This document shows, one piece after another, positions 54,375 through 64,000 of a stretch of DNA of 64,000 nucleotides (positions are counted from its first letter, which is position 1; every line of letters starts with the position of its first letter). The position numbers were made by a program, and so were the translations under genes. The notes under the pieces were generated by a model. It ran no database searches. It was not told the origin of the DNA and worked only from the letters and a program-made list of their open reading frames with translations. Origin of the DNA: an uncultured Gemmatimonadaceae bacterium (GTDB lineage Bacteria > Gemmatimonadota > Gemmatimonadetes > Gemmatimonadales > Gemmatimonadaceae); contig CAWAGQ010000013.1 of the NCBI GenBank assembly GCA_963781585.1, positions 448,001 to 512,000 of the forward strand, in the 5' to 3' direction.

Positions 54375-54687
54375 TCATGGCGTATCGGTGTTGTCGATGT
54401 CGCGCACGATCTTCCAGGTCCCGTCGGGCTGACGCTTCCACACGGTGAGGTATTTGCCCTTCTCCGGCGTCGGCTTGCCCTTCTTCGGTACCATCGTGAG
54501 CTGATAGCTTCCCGTCTCGACGGCCAGGTCACCGGCCACCATCAGGTCGTTGGTGGTTGCCTTCATGTCGGTGATCGTGCCGGCCGCCATCATCTCGACG
54601 AAGCCGTGCATCACCTCCGACGAGGGCACCGGACCGGACGACCACAACCATCGGGAGCGCGGCCAGCAATGATGCCCTCGTGCGCAT
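54375..54687 (-). pseudogene. DUF4440/NTF2-like exported protein with internal deletion and frameshift
   Basis: Signal 'MRTRASLLAALPMVVVV' from ATG 54687 is out of frame with the C-half 'GDLAVETGSY...GKYLTVWKRQPDGTWKIVRD'; N-terminal part of the domain is missing. Confidence 0.6.
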
Positions 54688-54803
54688 GATGGGTCCCTCG
54701 CTTCAGCTTGATGTGGGGGAGCGGATGCCGGGCAGCGATCGGCGCGGCGCCCGACTGGAGGGGCCGCGCCGTCACGAACAGAATGTTGCCGGGAGCCGCG
54801 GGG

Positions 54804-55055
54804 CTAAGCGCCTTCGCGCACCTCGACGACCTCGTCGGGAATGAGACCGTGCGCTTCCCGGTGGACGGCGATGGCCGATTCCTTGTCCGGGGCTTCGGAG
54901 AGACAGAACACGTCGCCGGTCGCCTCGTTGAACCAGTACTTGAGATACTTCACCTGGTACTTGTCCTGTACCGACAGGTCCTTCTTGTGCGCCCCCGCGA
55001 CCGCGTCGGCCGTCAGTCCCGGCACGTGCTTGTGTACATCCATGAACAATGGCAT
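54804..55055 (-). CDS. DUF4242 / SCO4226-like small nickel-binding protein
   Basis: 'MPLFMDVH', 'AH.KDL..Q', 'VFCL.EAPD', 'VHREAHG'; AAGGAGG RBS. Confidence 0.85.
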   Translation of the reverse strand: MPLFMDVHKHVPGLTADAVAGAHKKDLSVQDKYQVKYLKYWFNEATGDVFCLSEAPDKESAIAVHREAHGLIPDEVVEVREGA

Positions 55056-55353
55056 GCGCGTTTCCTCCTTACGGTGATTCCAGACTGCTTGTGTTCCACG
55101 ATGCGGCACCCAGCGTCCTGCAAACCTCGGACCCGCCGGCGGTCTCCGGAGGAGGCCCGCCACCGCCGGACCGCGTGGCGAGTGCCAAAGAACGACCTCA
55201 CGGTCTCCGCGAACGCGTTGTGCCTCTCGTCGCCTAGAAATGACGTGGGGCGGACTGGAACCGCAAGAGTGGACAAGCGCCGCGATCGCAGCGAACCAGG
55301 GACTGGCACCGACCAGGCGGCTGCCCGCTGATCGCTGAAACCTGTCCCTTCAC

Positions 55354-56211
55354 CTAACGCGGGCGGTCGCTCCCTTCCGCCGTCGGCTGATCGAAGATGT
55401 CGCGCATGACGGCTTCGAGTGCGGTGCGGAGCTCGGCGGCGGTGGCCCCCAGATGAAAACCCGACACCGCCACCGGACGCAGCAGTCCGGCAAGCGTCTG
55501 GGGTCGTTCTGCGTCGGGCATGCCCGGAGGCTTCTGCGCCGCAACCCGCGTGCCCCGCGCGCCTTCGGTCACGACCACCCCCAACCGCTCGAGCTCTCCG
55601 TAGGCCCGTGCCACCGTCCCGGGCGCGATGTCGAGGTCGTCGGCCAGGCGGCGCACCGTCGGCAATCGATCACCCGCATTCAACTGGCCCGTCGCCACGC
55701 CCTCCTGGATCCGCGCCACGATCTGTTCGTAGATCGAGCGATCCGAGGTGTCGTCCACCTGGATCTGAAACGGCGCGGGCAGGTCACCGCTCAACGCGGA
55801 CCGCGCGCGCTCCGCCGTCACCCCGAGGGCGTTCAACACCTGCGCGGCGACCCCCTTCTCTTCGTCGAGCAGTCCGAGCAACAGATGCTCGGTGCCAACG
55901 TAGTTGTCGTTGCGTTCGCGCGCGGCAGACATCGCAAGCTCGAGGACTTTCTTCGCACGCGATGTATAGGGAAGATCAGGGCCGGTCGTCATTGTCCGGC
56001 CCTCCTTCACCGCTGCCAGAACCTCGCGACGGATCACGTCGGGCGTAGTCCCCAGCCGGGCGAGCAACCTGGTCGTCTCGTCGGACGGTTCGCGAGTCAA
56101 TCCGAGCAGGAGGTGCTCGGTGCCGACGTACTCGTGGCGCTGGCGCTTCGCCTCAGCTCGCGCATGGACCAGCGCGACACGAACCCCCTCGGTGAAGTTG
56201 TAGGCGTTCAT
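55354..56211 (-). CDS. Double Clp-N (ClpC N-terminal) domain fused to GntR-type HTH
   Basis: Two 'YVGTEHLLLGL' repeats and 'LPYTSRAKKVLE'; then 'IYEQI', 'GDRLPTVRRLA', 'TVARAY.ELE..G', 'GTRV'. Confidence 0.85.
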   Translation of the reverse strand: MNAYNFTEGVRVALVHARAEAKRQRHEYVGTEHLLLGLTREPSDETTRLLARLGTTPDVIRREVLAAVKEGRTMTTGPDLPYTSRAKKVLELAMSAARERNDNYVGTEHLLLGLLDEEKGVAAQVLNALGVTAERARSALSGDLPAPFQIQVDDTSDRSIYEQIVARIQEGVATGQLNAGDRLPTVRRLADDLDIAPGTVARAYGELERLGVVVTEGARGTRVAAQKPPGMPDAERPQTLAGLLRPVAVSGFHLGATAAELRTALEAVMRDIFDQPTAEGSDRPR

Positions 56212-56310
56212 CGTGCCAGTGACGCGTCTCCCCCAGCTGTAGCGCAGCATGACTGCCTCCGACGAAGTGCCTTCAGGACACTGGCTTGCAGCTTGTACCA
56301 GTCTCGCTGA

Positions 56311-56339
56311 ACAATGGGGCAGGGTCGATCTTGTGTCAA
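56311..56339 (-). promoter_or_regulatory. Sigma70-type promoter TTGACA-N17-CATTGT upstream of the Clp-N/GntR gene
   Basis: -35 at 56339-56334, -10 at 56316-56311; overlaps an imperfect TGTACCA-N6-CTGAACA box (56294-56313). Confidence 0.55.
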
Positions 56340-56482
56340 TAGCGGTAGAACAAGATTTTCGATGGCCACCGCGTCAGCCTGCCGCGTTCGTGAACGCGGG
56401 AGCGTCGAGATGAAATCGGTCGACGCAGGGGGCGCCGCGCTGCCGGCGTGGCGCGGACTGCCGGCCGGCCCTGCGGCCCTCC

Positions 56483-56830
56483 TCACTTCTTCTTGCGACG
56501 CGCCCGGGGCTTCTTCTTCGCCGGCTCCTCGTTAGGCTCGAGCTGGATGTTGATGCTGCTGATCTCGTCCTTGAAGTGGTCGGCCAGCCGGCCGATGAAC
56601 GCCGACAGCAGTTGCCACTCCTTCGACGGTGGACGGCACCGCACCGTGACCAGCAGCGGACCGGGAGTCTGTTCCAGCCGCAGTTCGCCCGGATACCGCT
56701 TGTGCTGGAGACGCACACCGCCGCGCACCTGCGTCACCTCAAACGAGCGGATGCGTCCCTCGGCGATCGCCGAGCGGAGCTCCGTCTGGAGAGTGGGACC
56801 GTGACGACCGACGATCTGCACGTGGACCAT
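56483..56830 (-). CDS. Hypothetical protein with basic C-terminal tail
   Basis: GGAGG RBS, coherent 115-aa ORF ending 'KKKPRARRKKK'. Confidence 0.65.
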   Translation of the reverse strand: MVHVQIVGRHGPTLQTELRSAIAEGRIRSFEVTQVRGGVRLQHKRYPGELRLEQTPGPLLVTVRCRPPSKEWQLLSAFIGRLADHFKDEISSINIQLEPNEEPAKKKPRARRKKK

Positions 56831-56965
56831 GACGCCCTCCGGAAGGTCGACGATGCGGCTGCCGCGAAGACGCTGCACGCGCCCGTCCGGCGCGCGACCA
56901 TAACGTTAGGCGTCCGGCGCCCCGCGCGCCATGCCCGATTTGCGCGGCGCGGGCGCGGGCGTGAA

Positions 56966-57802
56966 TCAGCCGGCAGTCGCCGGCTCCGGCGCCGGACGCT
57001 TCATCACGAATCCCATCGGGGCCAGTTCGCAGCCCAGACGCTGGAAGAACCCCACGCTGTCGCTGGTGGCGCCGATCATCAGCGTGCCGCCCGGCGCCAG
57101 CGCCAGCGCCCGATTCATCAGTTCCCGCCCAATGCCGCGCCCGCGATACGCGGGATCGACCATCACCTCGGGGATGATCGTGAACAGGTAGCCGTCGGTG
57201 AGCATGCGCAGCACGCCCACCAGCCGCGTGCCATCCCAGGCGCCGATGTTGCGCGTCCGGCGGATCGCGGCCGACGTCGGCAGCACGTCATAGCGGTGCG
57301 GCCAGACCCGCGCTGCGAGGGCAATGAAGTCGGGGGCCGACAGTCCGGAGGTGTCGTACCGGATTCCCGCGTGGTCCACGCCGGTCTCGCCGCGCGCATC
57401 GCGGCCGTCGGTCGACGGGATGGCCACCGCCGCTGGCCCTCCGACTTCCGCCAGGCGCGACGCCGCGTCGGCGGCCGCAACGCCGGCGAGATGGTCGGCG
57501 ACCTCCTTCCGGCGGCGCCGCCGCAGGTGAAAACGCTCCCACGACATCCCCACGATGTAGCCCGCGCCAATGCCGATCACACCGCCCAGCAGCCCCCACC
57601 ACAGCATCATCTTCGCGAAATCGTAGACCGCACGCGCGAAGTTGCCGTGACGGAAATTCACGTTGAGGATCTGCCACCGCAGCGCCACCGCGGCCATCAG
57701 CCCGATGGCGAATCCGATGAACGCGACCCCGTCGGTTATCCGGTTGCGCCGGATCGTGTAGTAGTCAGACAGGCTCCGCTCCTCGCGTCCGCGACGCCTC
57801 AC
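56966..57802 (-). CDS. Two-TM N-terminal region fused to GNAT acetyltransferase
   Basis: Two hydrophobic helices; 'LVG..R..TDG', 'VDPAYRGRGIGRELM', 'GFFQRLG'. Confidence 0.7.
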   Translation of the reverse strand: MRRRGREERSLSDYYTIRRNRITDGVAFIGFAIGLMAAVALRWQILNVNFRHGNFARAVYDFAKMMLWWGLLGGVIGIGAGYIVGMSWERFHLRRRRRKEVADHLAGVAAADAASRLAEVGGPAAVAIPSTDGRDARGETGVDHAGIRYDTSGLSAPDFIALAARVWPHRYDVLPTSAAIRRTRNIGAWDGTRLVGVLRMLTDGYLFTIIPEVMVDPAYRGRGIGRELMNRALALAPGGTLMIGATSDSVGFFQRLGCELAPMGFVMKRPAPEPATAG

Positions 57803-57805
57803 CGC

Positions 57806-59044
57806 TCATTGGTCATCCGGGGAGCCCGGCAACAGGGGTTCGAGATCGGGCGTGGTGGCCCCATTCTCCGTGCAGAGCGCGAACTTCGTCTCCCCGGCGT
57901 GGTACATGCACACGCCGGCGTGCTCCCCTCGCTTGTCGAGGACGAAGAAGCGGATGTTGAAGTTCGGATTTCCCCTGGCATTGAGCAGGCGCGCTTCGAT
58001 CGTGTTCGCCTTGATCCGCTTCAACGCATCCATGCCGGCGTCCTTCGGCGACATTCCCCGTCGCATGTTCTCGACGATGAGATACGAGCTGAGGTTGTAG
58101 AGATTCGCCTCGCCGCGTCCGGTGGAACCGGCCGCTCCCACGTCGTTGTCCACGTACAGGCCCGCGCCCAGGATGGGCGAGTCTCCCACCCGACCGGGAA
58201 TCTTCCAGGCCAGTCCGCTGGTGGTGGTCGTGCCGCAGATGTCGCCGGTGGGACTGATGCCGTTGCAGTTGATCGTCCCCCAGAAGCTCCCTTCCGGAAT
58301 CAGGCCGTCCCGCACCATCGACCTGCCCGCCGCCAGCGCCCGCTGCTCCCACGCCGCGTCGCGGACGCCCGACTCCGGCGTGCCTGGCCGTCCGGTCGGC
58401 GGCTTGGGGGGCTTTCGACCCGGTCCATTCGGGTCGAGCCAGTGTTCGGGGTCGATGCGGCGCCGCCACTCCAGCCACAGTTGTCGGGAACGCGCCGTGT
58501 TCAGGTCCGGCTCGATCGTGAACCCCATCTGGCGCGCGAAATCCTGCGCCCCCTGGCCCACCAGCAGATGGTGGTCGGTCATGTCCATGACCGCCTGGGC
58601 GACCAGCGACGGCGTCCGTACCCCTTCGATCGCCGCCACCGCCCCGGCCCGACGCCGGGGCCCGTGCATGCACGACGCGTCCAGCTGAATGACGCCGTCG
58701 GCGTTAGGCAGCGCGCCGTAGCCGATGCCGGTTTCCTCGGGATCGAGTTCCGGAATGTTGACGCCGGCAATCAGGGCGTCGAGCACATCCTTCCCTTCGG
58801 TGATGAGCCGGAAGGCGCGCTCGACCGCGTTCTCGGGACCGCCGTTCCTGAACTCGAAGCCACTGTAATCGGACACGACCACCGGCCGCACGGCACTTCG
58901 AAGGAACAGTGCCGGCGCTCCGAGGCGCCTGCTGGCGGCGGCCGGGTCGCTGGTGATGCGTTGGAGCGCGTCGACGGGCGATCCCGCCGCGCCGGCAGCG
59001 AGCCCGGCCGCGGCAAAACGGACGAAATCGCGGCGATCTGGCAT
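57806..59044 (-). CDS. N(4)-(beta-N-acetylglucosaminyl)-L-asparaginase (Ntn hydrolase), Tat-exported
   Basis: 'DRRDFV' Tat motif, 'GYGALPN', 'LDASCM', 'WGTI', 'TTSGLAWKIPGRVGDSPI'. Confidence 0.88.
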   Translation of the reverse strand: MPDRRDFVRFAAAGLAAGAAGSPVDALQRITSDPAAASRRLGAPALFLRSAVRPVVVSDYSGFEFRNGGPENAVERAFRLITEGKDVLDALIAGVNIPELDPEETGIGYGALPNADGVIQLDASCMHGPRRRAGAVAAIEGVRTPSLVAQAVMDMTDHHLLVGQGAQDFARQMGFTIEPDLNTARSRQLWLEWRRRIDPEHWLDPNGPGRKPPKPPTGRPGTPESGVRDAAWEQRALAAGRSMVRDGLIPEGSFWGTINCNGISPTGDICGTTTTSGLAWKIPGRVGDSPILGAGLYVDNDVGAAGSTGRGEANLYNLSSYLIVENMRRGMSPKDAGMDALKRIKANTIEARLLNARGNPNFNIRFFVLDKRGEHAGVCMYHAGETKFALCTENGATTPDLEPLLPGSPDDQ

Positions 59045-59259
59045 GGGAACGAGGGGGCGTGTGAGTCCGGCGGGCGCGGGAAGGCCCGGCGAACAAGCCG
59101 GTCGGAGCGAACGATTGGACCATGCTCCCGCTCAATGTACGGCGGAGCGATCGACGCCGCTGCGGCGGCAGGCGGCGTCCGGAGACACCGGTCGTTAGCC
59201 GAGAGCCGGTGCGCGATGTAGGCTAGTGCTGTCTCCATACCCTTTTCCGCCCGCCCGCC

Positions 59260-60033
59260 ATGCCGAAATATCCCGCCCTTGCACCGCTCACGATGTCGGT
59301 TCCCGCCGCTGACGGACTCGTGCTCCGCGGGTCGCTCACGTATCCGCACGGTCTCACCGGCGCGCGGTATCCCCTGGCCGTGCTCGCCCACCAGTATCCG
59401 TCGGCGCGCGAGAGCTACGCGCCGCTGGCCACCGACCTTCATGCGTTAGGCGTGGCGACGTTGTCGTTCGACCTGCGCGGTCACGGCGACTCGATCTGGA
59501 CACCGACCGGCGTGCGGGTGGTCGACACACCGGCCCTGCCCACGATGGAAGCCTTCGCCACGGCCTTCATGGCGAGCTTCGCCAAAGCCGGCTTTGCGCA
59601 CATCTCCGACGATATCGTGCGCGTATCGGCGTGGGGAATGACCCAGAATTACGTGGACCACGGTCGCGTGCTGCTGGTAGGATCGAGTGTGGGTGGCACC
59701 GGCGCCCTGCTGGCCGCCGCGAGTATCGGGAACGGGCTGCGTGGCGTGCTCACCTTCTGCGCGGCCGGCGCCCCGGCGCACGGATCCGATGCCGACCAGC
59801 GAATCCGGCGCAACTGCGAGCGCCTCACCGTGCCTGTCCTGCTGGCGTCGTCGGAGAATGATCCGTTCGATGGCGCGGCCAACGCGCGAGCGTGGAGCGA
59901 CAAGTTGTCCCACGTGCACGCCACCATCGTGAAGGGCGCGGATCACGGAATGGCCATCTACTACGCGGTTCGGAAGGAAGTCCAGGGCTTCGCGGCCCGC
60001 GCGCTGGGCATCAAGCGGCCGCGCGCGAAATAG
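59260..60033 (+). CDS. Alpha/beta hydrolase
   Basis: 'FDLRGHGDS', nucleophile 'GSSVG', Asp in 'SEND', His in 'DHG'. Confidence 0.82.
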   Translation: MPKYPALAPLTMSVPAADGLVLRGSLTYPHGLTGARYPLAVLAHQYPSARESYAPLATDLHALGVATLSFDLRGHGDSIWTPTGVRVVDTPALPTMEAFATAFMASFAKAGFAHISDDIVRVSAWGMTQNYVDHGRVLLVGSSVGGTGALLAAASIGNGLRGVLTFCAAGAPAHGSDADQRIRRNCERLTVPVLLASSENDPFDGAANARAWSDKLSHVHATIVKGADHGMAIYYAVRKEVQGFAARALGIKRPRAK

Positions 60034-60193
60034 CGGGCGGCGCAATTCGCGCGGACCGCATGCGGGTCGGGACGACGAGGCAATCTTCCGGTGCTCCCGG
60101 ACGGCCCGGTGGCGAGGTGCGCTGTCCCTTCCCCGATGCCATACCCGCGAGCGAGTTTCCCTCGATCATCCATACCGCGGCGGGGGAGTCGAG

Positions 60194-60712
60194 ATGCATC
60201 CTGCGAACAGCAAGTGGGAGAGGGCCGGAACCATCGATCCGGGCGCGGACATCGGCCACGCGCACCTCAAGGTGGCCGATCTCGATCGTGCGCTCGACTT
60301 CTACTGTGGCGTGCTGGGCTTCGAGCTGATGCAGTACTACGGCGATTCGGCGGCGTTCGTCTCGGCCGGCGGATACCATCACCACATCGGTCTCAACACC
60401 TGGCACAGCAAGGGTGGATCGCCCCCGCCGCGCAACGCGACCGGCCTGTATCACGTGGCGATCCGATACCCGACCAGAGCGGCGCTGGCCCAGGCAGCGC
60501 GGCGTCTGGTGGATGCCGGGGTGCGGTTGCACGGGGCCAGCGACCACGGAGTGAGCGAAGCGCTCTACCTCGCCGATCCCGATGGGAACGGTCTCGAGCT
60601 GTACCGGGATCGGCCGCCGGATGAGTGGCCTCGCGCCGCCGGCGGGGAGATCGCGATGGTCAGCGAGCCGCTCGACGTGGATGCCCTGCTGGCGGAGGCC
60701 GGCATATCGTGA
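60194..60712 (+). CDS. VOC/glyoxalase family protein (CatE-like single domain)
   Basis: 'IGH.HLKVADL', 'GGYHHHIGLNTW', 'SDHGVSEALYL.DPDGNG.ELY'. Confidence 0.88.
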   Translation: MHPANSKWERAGTIDPGADIGHAHLKVADLDRALDFYCGVLGFELMQYYGDSAAFVSAGGYHHHIGLNTWHSKGGSPPPRNATGLYHVAIRYPTRAALAQAARRLVDAGVRLHGASDHGVSEALYLADPDGNGLELYRDRPPDEWPRAAGGEIAMVSEPLDVDALLAEAGIS

Positions 60713-61989
60713 TGGGCGCAGCCGGCGCCACGGTTGCGGCGGTTCCCTGGTATCGCACCATCACGCGGGCGCAGTGGCGGGCTCTGGTCGCGGCCAAGCT
60801 GGGGTGGATGCTGGACTCGATGGACTTCATGCTGTACGTGATGGCCGTCGGGCGGCTCAAGAGCTACTTCGGGTTCAGCGACGCCACGGCCGGATTGCTC
60901 GGCACCGTGACGCTGCTGACGTCGGCGGTAGGGGGAATTCTGTTCGGTCTGGTGGCCGACCGGATCGGGCGGGCCCGGGCGCTGATCGTGACCATCCTGA
61001 TCTTCTCCGTATGCTCGTTAGGTGCGGCCACCTCGCAGGCGGTCTGGCAACTGATGCTCTGGCGTACGGTCCTCGGGATCGGGATGGGCGGCGAATGGGC
61101 CTCGGGGGCGGTGCTGGTGAGCGAGACCTGGCCGGCGGAGCATCGCACCAAGGCGGTGAGCATCATGCAGTCGGGGTGGGCGCTGGGGTACATCCTTGCC
61201 GCCCTGATCGCCGCCCTGGTCCTCGACGTACTGCCGTTAGGCGATGCGGCGTGGCGATGGCTGTTCGTGGCAGGCGTGCTGCCGGCGCTGTTCACGCTCT
61301 GGATCCGTCGCCAGGTCGCCGAACCCGAGGCCTGGGTGCAGCGGCAATCCGGCAGGCGCCAGTCGGGCCGCCCGTTTGCGACGCTGTTCAGCCAGACGTT
61401 CCGGCGCCGGACGGTGCTCGCCACCCTGCTCTCGGCGTTCGTCCAGTTCGCGAACTGGGGGCTCTTCTTCTGGCTCCCGGGTTTTCTGGCCAGGCCCCTG
61501 GAACAGGGCGGCGCGGGGATGTCGATCATCCGCTCCACGGGCTGGATCATTCCGGTGCAGATCGGCGCCTACATCGGTTACAACTCGTTCGGCTTCATTT
61601 CCGACCGGCTCGGGCGCCGTCGCACGTTCATCGGCTATCTGGTCACGGCCGCGATCCTGGTGCCGCTCTACGGCCAGATGGCGCGGAGCCCGCTGGTGCT
61701 GATGGCGCTCGGCCCGCTGCTCGGCTTCGTCGGCTACGGCTACTTCAGCATGTTCGGATCGTTCCTGGCCGAGTTGTTCCCGACCGCGGTTCGCGCCACC
61801 GGCCAGGGACTCACCTACAACCTCGGACGCGGGCTGGGCGCGCTTGCGCCGTACACCATCGGCTACGTGGCCACCCTGCCTAACGTCGGGATCGGATCCG
61901 CGCTCGGCCTCACCTCGGCCTTCTTCCTGGCCGGTGCCCTGCTGAGCCTGGCCTTTCCGGACCGGAGCCGACAGCCTCTGGATGACTGA
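60712..61989 (+). CDS. MFS transporter (sialate/carboxylate symporter-like)
   Basis: 'GWMLDSMD', 'ADRIGR', 'GMGGEW', 'ELFPT.VRATGQG'. Confidence 0.88.
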   Translation: MGAAGATVAAVPWYRTITRAQWRALVAAKLGWMLDSMDFMLYVMAVGRLKSYFGFSDATAGLLGTVTLLTSAVGGILFGLVADRIGRARALIVTILIFSVCSLGAATSQAVWQLMLWRTVLGIGMGGEWASGAVLVSETWPAEHRTKAVSIMQSGWALGYILAALIAALVLDVLPLGDAAWRWLFVAGVLPALFTLWIRRQVAEPEAWVQRQSGRRQSGRPFATLFSQTFRRRTVLATLLSAFVQFANWGLFFWLPGFLARPLEQGGAGMSIIRSTGWIIPVQIGAYIGYNSFGFISDRLGRRRTFIGYLVTAAILVPLYGQMARSPLVLMALGPLLGFVGYGYFSMFGSFLAELFPTAVRATGQGLTYNLGRGLGALAPYTIGYVATLPNVGIGSALGLTSAFFLAGALLSLAFPDRSRQPLDD

Positions 61990-62013
61990 GCGCGCCTTGG
62001 GCCGGAGCTCGCG

Positions 62014-64000
62014 ATGAACCGCCGACGTGTTCGTTCTTCCGCCCGTGTGATCGGGCTCGGGATCACGGCCCTCGTGCTGTGCGGCGACGCGGTGGTTGCG
62101 CAACGGACCAGGCCGCCGCGGCCAACGGCGGCAGCGCCCGTGCCGCCGCCGCCGCGGGTCGCGCCACTCACCACGTACCTCGACCAGGAATTCCTCGGCG
62201 GGCTCCGCTATCGGATGGTCGGGCCGGCGCGCGGAGGGCGCGTCACTGCGGTCACCGGCGTTCCACGGGAACCGCTCACGTTCTACATGGGCTCGACCGG
62301 GGGCGGAGTCTGGAAGACGACCGACGCCGGCCAGACGTGGACGAACGTCAGCGACGGGTTCCTCGCGGTGGGTTCGATCGGCGCCATCGACGTGTCGAAG
62401 TCCGATCCGAACGTGATCTACGTTGGTACGGGGTCAGATGCGCTGCGGTCGAACGTGTCGATCGGGAAGGGTGTGTACCGTTCCACCAACGCTGGCCGGA
62501 CCTGGCAGTTTGTCGGTCTCGACCGCGCGGGGAATATCGGCGCGGTGGCAATTCACCCCGGAACGCCCCGCATCGTATTCGTGGCCGCACTCGGAAATCC
62601 GTTCGCCGCGAATCCGGAACGCGGTGTATATCGGACCACGAACAGCGGCGATACCTGGGAGCGGGTGCTGCACGTGTCGGACAGCACGGGCGCGGTGGAC
62701 GTGGAATTGCAGCCCGGCAATTCCCGGGTCGTGTACGCATCCATGTGGCGTGCCGAGCGAAAGCCGTGGACGATCATCTCCGGGGCGCGCGAAGGGGGCA
62801 TCTACAAGAGCGCCGACGGCGGCACGACGTGGCGGAAGCTGACCAACGGGCTGCCCGATGGTCTGGTCGGGAAGAGCAACATCGCCGTCACTCCCGCCGA
62901 TTCGGACATCGTCTACGTCCTCATGGAAGCGAGGCCCGGCGGCGGGCTGTATCGCTCTGACGACGCCGGTGAGTCGTTTCACCTGGTGAGCGACTACCCC
63001 CCGCTGCTCTCCCGCCCGTTCTACTACACGGACCTGGCGGTCGATCCGCACGACCCGGACATCGTCTGGGTGGGCACCGAGGACCTGTATCGCAGCGGAG
63101 ACGGTGGCCACACCTGGCGGGTGCAGCAGAATCCGCACGGCGACAACCACGATCTGTGGATCAATCCCAACGCCGCCGACATCATGATCCAGGCGAACGA
63201 CGGCGGCGCCACGGTGACGCTCAACGGCGGCGGGACGTGGTCCAGCCTCTACAACCAGCCGACCGCCGAGATCTATCAGGTGGCAGCCGACAACCAGTTT
63301 CCGTACCGGCTGTACGGCGCGCAGCAGGACAACACCACGCTCATCGTCCCGAGTCTGCCGCTCTCGTCAGGCAGCGCCGACAGTCCGGTGCAGACATGGC
63401 GGGCGGGCCCGGGGTGCGAGACCGGTCCGATTCTGCCGCACCCGGTCGATCCCGACACGGTGTATGGCTCCTGCAAGGGGCGGTTCTCGCGAATGAACCT
63501 GAGGACGGGGCAGGAGAAGCAGTACTGGGTGGGAGCGCAATCACTGTACGGAAACACCGGGGCGGCGCTGATCTACCGGTTTCAGCGGGTCGCGCCGATG
63601 GAGATCTCTCCCCACGATCCGCGGGTGATCTACTACGGATCGCAGTACGTCCATCGGACGCGCGACGAAGGCGTGACCTGGGAGCGCATTTCGCCGGATC
63701 TGACCTGGAATCCCCCGGAGCGACAGAACCGTCCCAGCGGTGAGCCCATCACGATCGACGTCACCGGTGAGGAGACCTACAGCGCGCTGTACGCCATCCG
63801 CGAATCACCCCGGGAGGCCGGCGTGATCTGGACCGGCGCGAACGATGGCCCGTTCTACGTGACCCGAGACGATGGCAGGCACTGGACGAACGTCACCCCC
63901 GCCGGGCAGCCTCCCGGCTGCCGGGTGCAGAACATCGAGCCGTCGCCTGCCAGCCGGGGGTCCGCGTATTACGCGGTGACCTGCTACCTGACAGGCGACT
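62014..64000 (+). CDS. Exported VPS10/BNR-repeat glycosyl hydrolase-like protein, partial (runs off window end)
   Basis: Not in the ORF track. From ATG 62014: signal peptide, 'LRYRMVGPARGGRVTAV', 'GGVWKTTDAGQTW', repeated S.D.G..W Asp-boxes. Confidence 0.88.
   Translation, partial: MNRRRVRSSARVIGLGITALVLCGDAVVAQRTRPPRPTAAAPVPPPPRVAPLTTYLDQEFLGGLRYRMVGPARGGRVTAVTGVPREPLTFYMGSTGGGVWKTTDAGQTWTNVSDGFLAVGSIGAIDVSKSDPNVIYVGTGSDALRSNVSIGKGVYRSTNAGRTWQFVGLDRAGNIGAVAIHPGTPRIVFVAALGNPFAANPERGVYRTTNSGDTWERVLHVSDSTGAVDVELQPGNSRVVYASMWRAERKPWTIISGAREGGIYKSADGGTTWRKLTNGLPDGLVGKSNIAVTPADSDIVYVLMEARPGGGLYRSDDAGESFHLVSDYPPLLSRPFYYTDLAVDPHDPDIVWVGTEDLYRSGDGGHTWRVQQNPHGDNHDLWINPNAADIMIQANDGGATVTLNGGGTWSSLYNQPTAEIYQVAADNQFPYRLYGAQQDNTTLIVPSLPLSSGSADSPVQTWRAGPGCETGPILPHPVDPDTVYGSCKGRFSRMNLRTGQEKQYWVGAQSLYGNTGAALIYRFQRVAPMEISPHDPRVIYYGSQYVHRTRDEGVTWERISPDLTWNPPERQNRPSGEPITIDVTGEETYSALYAIRESPREAGVIWTGANDGPFYVTRDDGRHWTNVTPAGQPPGCRVQNIEPSPASRGSAYYAVTCYLTGD

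Noticed and set aside
60194..60712. VOC protein as a catechol 2,3-dioxygenase linked to the aromatic cluster
   Set aside because: Widespread single-domain family, 33 kb away, with no aerobic ring-cleavage genes nearby.

Overview
High-GC (roughly 68-70%, estimated by eye) bacterial DNA. The gene repertoire ('LADRYRIERELG'-type Ser/Thr kinases, a PadR plus duplicated MacB/FtsX permease pair, VPS10/BNR and PD40 proteins) suggests Gemmatimonadota or Acidobacteriota; this is an inference. Positions 3.4-27.2 kb hold an 18-gene, tightly coupled minus-strand operon for anaerobic aromatic degradation: class I benzoyl-CoA reductase bcrCBAD, a 4-hydroxybenzoyl-CoA reductase-like molybdoenzyme with fused gamma-alpha subunits, dch/had/oah, a thiolase, an SDR, a GNAT and a PaaR/KstR2-like TetR, with a divergent 3-hydroxyacyl-CoA dehydrogenase/hydratase. 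Embedded between dch and had is an unusual five-gene module: a ketopantoate reductase fused to a cluster-less 2-hydroxyacyl-CoA dehydratase paralogue, a degenerate activase, an intact dehydratase subunit, an intact activase, and an acyl-CoA ligase with a Cys-rich tail. This is the best candidate for an undescribed pathway. The rest of the window is mixed: transporters, hydrolases, an ECF42-type sigma factor, a kinase-dCMP deaminase fusion, a MenA/MenT-like pair, a Clp-N/GntR fusion and several gene remnants. Two signals lie outside the ORF track. One is a stand-alone ~180-nt transcription unit with a 15-nt extended Shine-Dalgarno and a 14-codon ORF (rreB-like). The other is the heptamer CGTTAGG/CCTAACG, found at least 22 times in several reading-frame registers. 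Four +1 frameshifts, including one in bcrC, look like read errors.
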